Shown: one piece after another, positions 26,200 through 32,000 of the stretch
Position numbering within the stretch: the first letter of the stretch is position 1
How the letters are laid out: each line of letters begins with the position of its first letter
Origin: Dongia sp.
Lineage (GTDB): Bacteria > Pseudomonadota > Alphaproteobacteria > Dongiales > Dongiaceae
Direction: 5' to 3'
Length of the DNA stretch: 32,000 bases
Assembly (NCBI RefSeq): GCF_041906375.1
Contig: NZ_JAYRJJ010000009.1
Span: 12,706-44,705 of the forward strand
The notes under the pieces: model-generated
What the model was told of the DNA's origin: nothing
The model's database searches: none
The model's input: only the letters and a program-made list of their open reading frames with translations
Translations under genes and position numbers: made by a program

Positions 26200-27111
26200 A
26201 TGAATCGTTCGGCGGAAACATCATTGATCGACGTTTTGGGGAGGCGGCATGAAAAGCTGACCTTGCTTTTGGGGAATGGCGTAAACCGCTACGGTAGTTC
26301 TGGTCGGCACAATTCCTGGGCAGATTTGCTGCTCGATGTTGCAAATAGGCATATTCCAGGTGTTGGCGACAGGCTTCCTTCCGGCGTTACGGCAACCGAA
26401 GTATTCGATCTATCCTGCTTAGCTGCGAAGTCTAAGGATTCGGAAGGCCTTTTGCAGAAGGAATTTTGTACCTCAATGGCTTCGTGGAGGGCATATCCGC
26501 ATCATGAGCGGATCGTGGAGTGGGCCCGGGAACGAGATCATCCAATTCTCACGACCAACTTCGACCAGGTCCTTTCAGAGTCCTGCAATGCGAATGTTTA
26601 TCATCATGGGAACTCGAAATTCACTTACTACTACCCGTGGGCAACCTACTTTGGGCTCGGAGAGATCCAACGCCCTTCATCGGCATTTGGTATATGGCAC
26701 CTACACGGAATGATGCGATATCATCGAAGCATACGTCTGGGGTTGACTCATTATATGGGGGCTGTTCACCAAGCCCGAAGGTGGATTCATCGTGGGGGCG
26801 GTAGACTTTTCTCATCGGCGAGAGCCATCGATACCTGGAGTGGAAGTGGGACTTGGTTGGACGCTTTTTTCAACAATGACCTGCTTGTGATAGGTCTTTC
26901 GTTGGATGAAGTAGAAGTCTTTATTCGATGGTTGCTCCTGGAGAGATCGCGCTTATTCAAGAACTTCCCATCATTGCGTCGCAGAGGTTGGTTTGTTTGC
27001 ACCAAAGACGGCGTCTCCCCAGGAAGAGAGTTGTTCCTGCGGGGCGTGGGGCTGACGCCAATCAGGGTGAAGGACTACCACGAGATTTATCAATCAACTG
27101 GCTGGCGCTAG
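26200..27111 (+). CDS. Stand-alone SIR2-like protein (SIR2_2 / ThsA-N-terminal type, no SLOG)
   Basis: 303 aa. 'LLLGNGVN' sits in the position of GAGxS. 'ILTTNFDQVLSE' contains Asn120 (codon 26557-26559). 'IWHLHGMM' contains the catalytic-position His. 'DLLVIGLSLDEVEV' parallels the FLGFSFTD block of ThsA. Confidence 0.75.
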   Translation: MNRSAETSLIDVLGRRHEKLTLLLGNGVNRYGSSGRHNSWADLLLDVANRHIPGVGDRLPSGVTATEVFDLSCLAAKSKDSEGLLQKEFCTSMASWRAYPHHERIVEWARERDHPILTTNFDQVLSESCNANVYHHGNSKFTYYYPWATYFGLGEIQRPSSAFGIWHLHGMMRYHRSIRLGLTHYMGAVHQARRWIHRGGGRLFSSARAIDTWSGSGTWLDAFFNNDLLVIGLSLDEVEVFIRWLLLERSRLFKNFPSLRRRGWFVCTKDGVSPGRELFLRGVGLTPIRVKDYHEIYQSTGWR

Positions 27112-27130
27112 GCGTAGCGCGTACGCCTAG
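27108..27130 (+). terminator. Hairpin overlapping the SIR2 stop codon, a possible end of the long plus-strand transcription unit
   Basis: CTAGGCGTA (27108-27116) pairs with TACGCCTAG (27122-27130) around a 5-nt GCGCG loop, followed by TTTG. The T-tract is weak. Confidence 0.4.
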
Positions 27131-27246
27131 TTTGAAAGCGACAGCTCCTGGTTTGTCCTACAGCTCTTACACGTTGGGCGAGACGCGGACGCCATCTTCA
27201 GCCTATTGCCATCGGACTGGGGTCGGGCTTATCGGCTCGTCGGCTA

Positions 27247-27708
27247 TCAAGCTGCCCAGTCTCCAGCTTGGCGGGGCGCATTAAGGATTTCGGTGGCCGA
27301 AGCCTGCGCATCTATCAAGAAGGCAAAGGCAAGCTGGCCGTGGGCCTTAGAAATTGTTTCTAGAGCCCTGTCCTCCGCGGTCAGAAATAGCTCCGCGCCA
27401 TTTGTGATGATATATCGAAATGGCAGGGGCCCTAGTGGTGTGTTTTTGAGGTTTTGCCTGAGCTGACGAAGTGCGCTTTTTAGGCGAGAAATCTCAATAC
27501 CGGATTCCAGTAAGCCCTTAATGATCTTCAGGCTAACTACGTCCCCAAATGTGAAGCGGCGGCGGATACCACGCTTTCCTGGAGGCGACCCGGACGGCGT
27601 CACAATTCCCATCCTGGCAAGATAATCGACCATGGTTAATGACAGTCCGCTCAGTTCAGCGGCCCGTTTCGCTGTAACGCATTGAAGAACGATATTTTGC
27701 TTGACCAT
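27247..27708 (-). CDS. MerR-family transcriptional regulator
   Basis: The N-terminal HTH reads 'VTAKRAAELSGLSLTMVDYLARMGIVTP......RRRFTFGDVVSLKIIKGLLESGIEISRLKSAL'. I do not recognise the C-terminal ~70 aa. Confidence 0.75.
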   Translation of the reverse strand: MVKQNIVLQCVTAKRAAELSGLSLTMVDYLARMGIVTPSGSPPGKRGIRRRFTFGDVVSLKIIKGLLESGIEISRLKSALRQLRQNLKNTPLGPLPFRYIITNGAELFLTAEDRALETISKAHGQLAFAFLIDAQASATEILNAPRQAGDWAA

Positions 27709-27822
27709 TTCATAACTATGCTCAGAATTATGATGAATACAACAGAAACTTGCGACTCGGGATCGTGGCTCAGCTATAAGAAGACACGGTAATGTTGAGC
27801 AGGTTTAGTTGGTTGATATGTC

Positions 27823-27840
27823 GCAGATGTCGCTATCTGC
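27823..27840. promoter_or_regulatory. Palindrome cluster in the MerR / unknown-gene divergent region (candidate operator)
   Basis: GCAGAT-n6-ATCTGC (27823-27840) overlaps GCTAT-n4-ATAGC. It is flanked by two ACGGTAAT direct repeats (27785-27792 and 27851-27858). Confidence 0.35.
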
Positions 27841-27916
27841 ATAGCGCAAGACGGTAATCGGTGCTTTGATCGCCCATCGGTGGGATGACGCCCGGTTGAA
27901 TTTGAAGGAGGTGACC

Positions 27917-28384
27917 ATGGCTCTCGACTACGACAGATTGGTCGCCAAAAGCTATCAAGACGTTTTCGGTGACGAGTCCGTGAAGGTGATCGATGCAAGC
28001 GTTCTGGGCTGCATGATTGCATCAGCGTGGATGGCAGATGTATCGGATCACAAATTTCCATCCGAGCGTCTTGCTGCCCTCGTTACGTCGGTCAAAGATG
28101 TTCCAGAGTCCGTGCGGAACTCACTCCACATTCAAGAACGCCTTGAGGGCGACTACCTTGAGGAGACGACTGAGATGGTTGTTGCTGCTCAGTCCGCAGG
28201 CCTAGTCGGCCGTCTGAATCCCACAAGCGTATCCGCGATCTTTAAGGTCAACCCGGTAAAGGCATCTCAGCTCTTGAAGAGTTACGAGCTGGATTATCCC
28301 GAAGAAGTGGCCTGGGTGAAGCGGGCAATTGCTGGATTCCGCGACAAGGAGTCTAGCTCCAGTTCAGTGGCGGAAGTAGCTTAA
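27917..28384 (+). CDS. Hypothetical acidic protein, no family recognised
   Basis: 155-aa ORF starting at the ATG at 27917 ('MALDYDRLVAKSY'), directly after GAAGGAGGTG. It ends 11 nt before the HD gene. Coding status is supported by the strong RBS and the tight coupling, not by homology. Confidence 0.6.
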   Translation: MALDYDRLVAKSYQDVFGDESVKVIDASVLGCMIASAWMADVSDHKFPSERLAALVTSVKDVPESVRNSLHIQERLEGDYLEETTEMVVAAQSAGLVGRLNPTSVSAIFKVNPVKASQLLKSYELDYPEEVAWVKRAIAGFRDKESSSSSVAEVA

Positions 28385-28395
28385 GGTCACTGCAT

Positions 28396-30903
28396 TTGGG
28401 CAACCTTGACGCGCTTCAGGGCAAGCTCAAATCCGTATCAAAATTCATTGTTCCGTATATCTTCGAAGTTCTGGCGCCTCGCCTTATCGAGACGACTGAT
28501 CCTGACTATTTGGATGTCAGCGACTCCAAAGATCTGAATGATCCTATTTGGAAAATTGTTCGACTTCGCAAGCTTGAAGTTGCTCTTTTGAATTTGCCGC
28601 TCTTTCAGCGCCTTCGTCATGTTCGGCAGCTTGGCCTAGCTCATTTGGTTTATCCCACCGCTGTCCATAGCCGTTTGGACCATTCTATTGGCACCATGAT
28701 TGCGGCCCGCCGAATGTACGAAATGATCTTGGCGAACACCGACAAGATCGATCAGGCGAAGGCCAAGAAGTTCGGCGAAATAGCATCCTTTGCTGCGCTG
28801 CTCCATGACGCAGGGCATACGGCGTTCAGTCACTGTGGTGAGACGGTTCTCAGTACAATGCTTCCTGGGGAGTTCTCCAGGATCGAAAAGGAGCTACAGA
28901 CATTCTACTCGAAGGGCGATGGCGCCAAGACATTCAAAGAGAGTAAGCGGCCACCTGCCGCCGAGTTGATTTCGGTCCTATTCGTCCTTTCTCCATCAAT
29001 GCGGAGGTTCCTGACTAACCACGAGATACCTGTAGCTATTGAGCGTTTCATACTCACTGCGGCTGGATTGATAATTGGCCGCGGATACCAACTTGAGGAA
29101 GGCGACGACGAGTTCAATTTCATATCGTCAATTGTCTCCGGCGATCTAGACGCAGACAAAATAGACTATGTGGCGAGAGACGCATATTTCTCTGGCGTGC
29201 CTATATCGGCTGATGTTGATAGACTGATTTCGCAGCTTGTTGCAGCTCCCGTGACAAAAGACACGACCGTCAACGGAAAGCAGGCAGACCAGCATCTCAA
29301 GCTAAACAACAAAACTCGATATGATCTGGGAATTCGTAGGGCGGGCATCTCCGCATTTGAGATGTTCGTGATGACTAGATCTTATCTGTTCGAGCGAATC
29401 TACAGCCACCAGAAGATACGTGCTGCCGAACGGGCACTTGAGCGCACAGTCAGGCTATTTGTCGGTCACCTCTTGCCGGACATCGCAAAGGATGATCGTG
29501 ATAAACCGGAATCAATAAAGCTAGTAACCGAGGGGCTTCAGAAGGTTTTTGATCTATTGTTCGTCGCCACGGGAGACGATGGAGTCCTTCATGAAATGCT
29601 GCGGCACGGCGACTACGAGGAGTGGGCAAATCGAATCCTTCTACGACGCCTTCCAATGCGGGGCCTTGCCATCAATCAGCGGGTTGCCAAGGAGTTCGTG
29701 GCCGATGGAAATGGCACGCCAATGTCCATTCTTCTGCCATTCAAGTATGTCTCCAGAATAGCGACCGACAGCGCTCAGCTACGTGAGCTGGAGACGGAGA
29801 TCAAGGCATCCTCCGGTCTTGATGAATCTGATTACGTTATTATTGACTGGCCGAGCTTCAACCCGGTTAGCGAGAATCCTAAACTTTACGTTTGGGACCA
29901 TAAAGAGCCCAAGAATCTAAGTACGCTGAGCAGATATTTTAATGTTCAGCAGCTCTCAAATGCATATCGCGACGTTAAGCAAACTGCTTGGGTGTTCTGC
30001 TCGCCGTCCAATCGAGTAAAAGTTGGTGTAACTACTGCACTCATCCTCGAAGAGAAATTTGATTTGCTCCTTGGCATGGAGGCCTTTCATCGCGCCAAGC
30101 TCCTCGATCATGAGGTTACAGATTACCTCAATCACCTTTCACCACCGATTGGAAATGAGCGTGGGCGTATCGCATTAGACAATCTCAGACAGAATATTCT
30201 GGATTGCAGATTAATCCCTAGCGTCAAGCAGCTTGAGGAGGCCTTCGCAGATCTGGAAGAACCCGAAATTCCAAGGGTTGCAAATAAGATTGAAAGTGCT
30301 TTTCTCACTCACCCATTTTTGCGTGGATATTCAGATCATCTCGCTGAAGCCATGGCTGTCTTGGCCTTCCTGATCCGCCATGCACAGACGACAATTGGAA
30401 ATTTTCCTCAGCCTAGTCGAAAGGCGCGCGTTAAAGGTGACGAAGATCTTGCGCCTGACGCTGCAAGTGAGGATGAGAAGAAGAAGAAGCGAGAGGCCAC
30501 TTTTCAACAGAGCGTAAGAGAGTTCGTTCAGGCAGATCGAGCAACGAACGCTCGATTTGAGATCATTGACGGCGGACATGTTGGCGGCGGCGCGTTTGAT
30601 TTGGTTTTCCAATCGAAGACGCCGCCGATGGTCTCGGTCGTCGTGGAGCTGAAGAGCGAAGATGCGAAGTACGAAAAGATTTATGATAGATCGGCGGGTC
30701 AGCCGTCTGTCTATGCAACAGATCGATTTGGGCGTGCTTCGATTCTCTATGTGCAGTACAAACAGATGGAAAGCGTCTCTGTCTCGGATACAATCGAGCT
30801 TCGGAGGGCTTCCGGCAGCAACCAGGTAACATTTTGCCTCGCACAAAATGCCTTTGGCGGTAAGCCGAGCGAACGAGGCGGCGGGACGAGCAAAATAGCA
30901 TAA
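28396..30903 (+). CDS. SAMHD1/dGTPase-like HD-domain phosphohydrolase with a long C-terminal extension ending in a putative PD-(D/E)xK module
   Basis: HD blocks: 'PLFQRLRHVRQLGLAHLVYPTAVHSRLDHSIG', 'AALLHDAGHTAFSH' and 'GDLDADKIDYVARDAYFSGV'. The 835-aa length is much greater than I remember for stand-alone dGTPases. The C-terminus has 'GAFDLVF(x12)VVVELK'. The start is the TTG at 28396. There is no ATG upstream of the conserved N-terminal region. Confidence 0.8.
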   Translation: MGNLDALQGKLKSVSKFIVPYIFEVLAPRLIETTDPDYLDVSDSKDLNDPIWKIVRLRKLEVALLNLPLFQRLRHVRQLGLAHLVYPTAVHSRLDHSIGTMIAARRMYEMILANTDKIDQAKAKKFGEIASFAALLHDAGHTAFSHCGETVLSTMLPGEFSRIEKELQTFYSKGDGAKTFKESKRPPAAELISVLFVLSPSMRRFLTNHEIPVAIERFILTAAGLIIGRGYQLEEGDDEFNFISSIVSGDLDADKIDYVARDAYFSGVPISADVDRLISQLVAAPVTKDTTVNGKQADQHLKLNNKTRYDLGIRRAGISAFEMFVMTRSYLFERIYSHQKIRAAERALERTVRLFVGHLLPDIAKDDRDKPESIKLVTEGLQKVFDLLFVATGDDGVLHEMLRHGDYEEWANRILLRRLPMRGLAINQRVAKEFVADGNGTPMSILLPFKYVSRIATDSAQLRELETEIKASSGLDESDYVIIDWPSFNPVSENPKLYVWDHKEPKNLSTLSRYFNVQQLSNAYRDVKQTAWVFCSPSNRVKVGVTTALILEEKFDLLLGMEAFHRAKLLDHEVTDYLNHLSPPIGNERGRIALDNLRQNILDCRLIPSVKQLEEAFADLEEPEIPRVANKIESAFLTHPFLRGYSDHLAEAMAVLAFLIRHAQTTIGNFPQPSRKARVKGDEDLAPDAASEDEKKKKREATFQQSVREFVQADRATNARFEIIDGGHVGGGAFDLVFQSKTPPMVSVVVELKSEDAKYEKIYDRSAGQPSVYATDRFGRASILYVQYKQMESVSVSDTIELRRASGSNQVTFCLAQNAFGGKPSERGGGTSKIA

Positions 30904-30974
30904 TCCCGGAATCGTCGATACAAAGCGGGCCATCTCCGAATTGAGACACTGAACGAGTTCGGGCGGAGTTCAAC

Positions 30975-32000
30975 CTAGTGCCGGGTCATTCCATGCTCTC
31001 GCGAAGCGACTACAGCTTCGACAAGCCGCTCAAGCGTCCGCAGCGACGATCCCTGCCATAAGCGTGACATCGCCTCCATTTCCTCGACCGTGAACGGGGA
31101 TGCCCATCTGGAGCTCAATCCCCGCCGCTCAAAAACCCGCTTGAGCATTTGGTAGCTGATGGCGACCATGTCTGACGGCCTGGGTTCCGGAAATCGGATC
31201 GCTCGACACCGATCAAGCAGCACGCCGGGAATGCCCTTGAGAGTGTTCGCTGTGGCGATCCACACGACGTTCGATAAATCCACTGGGGATTGAATGTAAG
31301 GGTCGACCCATCGCCGCGCTGACTGCGCTTCGAAGAACCCCAGCAAGACATCGAACATCGAGCCATTCTGTTTTGACGTGGACGCTTTTTCCATCTCATC
31401 GAGAAGAATTCCTGGAGACGCCGTCGCATGGCGGCGGATCATAGCCACTGGAAGAGAAGGCTCTCCTGAATGCCATCGCCGAGCCGTGCCGCCGATCGTA
31501 GAGTCCGCCACCCCGCCACATGGGTACGTCTCATTCGGCACTTCCAAGAGGTCAAGAAAACGCTCGGCGTAAGAAGTCTTGCCGCAGCCGGGCGGTCCAA
31601 ACAGAACAGTCGGCCGCATGGTGACATGCTGCTTCCCATATAGACCGCCTAACATCGCCTTGGTCACATCAGCCGCGTGAGGGAATTCGGTCAGCAATGT
31701 GTTGCCAATCAGATCAAGATTGGGAATCGCGATAAGAGGGAGTGCCTTGGCCTCGATTTCCTTGAATTCTCGGCGGAGCGTCGATCCCGCGCTGATGTCG
31801 GTGTTTCCAACTCGCTGCAGCACTACCACTGTCAGATCTTTCGGTGCGGACGGCCCATTTTGTGGTGTAGCCTGAACCTCAATGTGCGCCTCGATCGTCG
31901 CGTCTTTATCTGACAGCCTCTCCGATACCTCAGGATTGGCCTTTTTCAAAAACTTTGCGCCACACTCACACGCAGCTTGCCGCGCATCATTTCGCCGTAA
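30975..32000 (-). CDS. Lon-like AAA+ ATPase module without a protease domain, probably 5'-truncated by the window edge
   Basis: 'VLFGPPGCGKTS' Walker A, 'ILLDEMEKA' Walker B and 'VWIATANTLKGIPGVLLDRCRAIRFPEP' parallel the Lon AAA+ blocks (GPPGVGKTS / LLDEIDK / FIATAN..IP.PLLDRMEVI). The track start at 31949 is a TTG, and I translated the same frame as open through 32000. Confidence 0.75.
   Translation of the reverse strand, partial: LRRNDARQAACECGAKFLKKANPEVSERLSDKDATIEAHIEVQATPQNGPSAPKDLTVVVLQRVGNTDISAGSTLRREFKEIEAKALPLIAIPNLDLIGNTLLTEFPHAADVTKAMLGGLYGKQHVTMRPTVLFGPPGCGKTSYAERFLDLLEVPNETYPCGGVADSTIGGTARRWHSGEPSLPVAMIRRHATASPGILLDEMEKASTSKQNGSMFDVLLGFFEAQSARRWVDPYIQSPVDLSNVVWIATANTLKGIPGVLLDRCRAIRFPEPRPSDMVAISYQMLKRVFERRGLSSRWASPFTVEEMEAMSRLWQGSSLRTLERLVEAVVASREHGMTRH

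Noticed and set aside
24562-32000. A BREX-like reading, with the PhoD-like protein as PglZ and the Lon-like AAA+ protein as BrxL.
   Set aside because: The phosphoesterase has calcineurin/PhoD-type motifs (GDxxY, WDDHD, GDxH), not the alkaline-phosphatase-fold PglZ. The AAA+ protein lacks the Lon protease-like C-terminal domain. No PglX methyltransferase or BrxA/B/C lies in the window, and the genes are on opposite strands.

Overview
The window has two parts. Bases 1-18100 are G+C-rich and look like core chromosome of a Rhizobiaceae-type alphaproteobacterium. This part is devoted to sugar uptake and oxidative sugar-acid catabolism. It carries greB, an SDR dehydrogenase, a GntR/FadR-type regulator, chvE-gguA-gguB-gguC (multiple-monosaccharide ABC importer) and dgoK-dgoA-galM. 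It also carries an IlvD/Edd-family (L-arabinonate-type) dehydratase, a second GntR regulator, a second divergently arranged sugar ABC transporter and a small PAS_5-type protein. From about 18.3 kb to the window end the G+C content drops visibly and every gene looks immune-related. A minus-strand TIR / PP2C phosphatase / TniQ-like zinc-ribbon operon diverges from a canonical type I Thoeris locus (thsA SIR2-SLOG plus three ThsB/TIR genes). The Thoeris strand runs on, with no obvious internal terminator, into a PhoD-like metallophosphoesterase and a short stand-alone SIR2. Next, a MerR regulator diverges from an unknown acidic protein and an 835-aa SAMHD1-like HD phosphohydrolase with a putative C-terminal PD-(D/E)xK module. 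A convergent Lon-like AAA+ ATPase runs off the window edge. Only Thoeris is a described system. The three flanking modules are the candidates for something new. I recognised no rRNA, tRNA, CRISPR array, transposase or integrase. Other oddities are a perfect in-frame 60-bp tandem duplication inside gguC, a shared FadR-type operator 11-mer, 18-bp-phased decamer repeats and several short tandem duplications. All family calls come from motif recognition by eye and memory. No database search was run.
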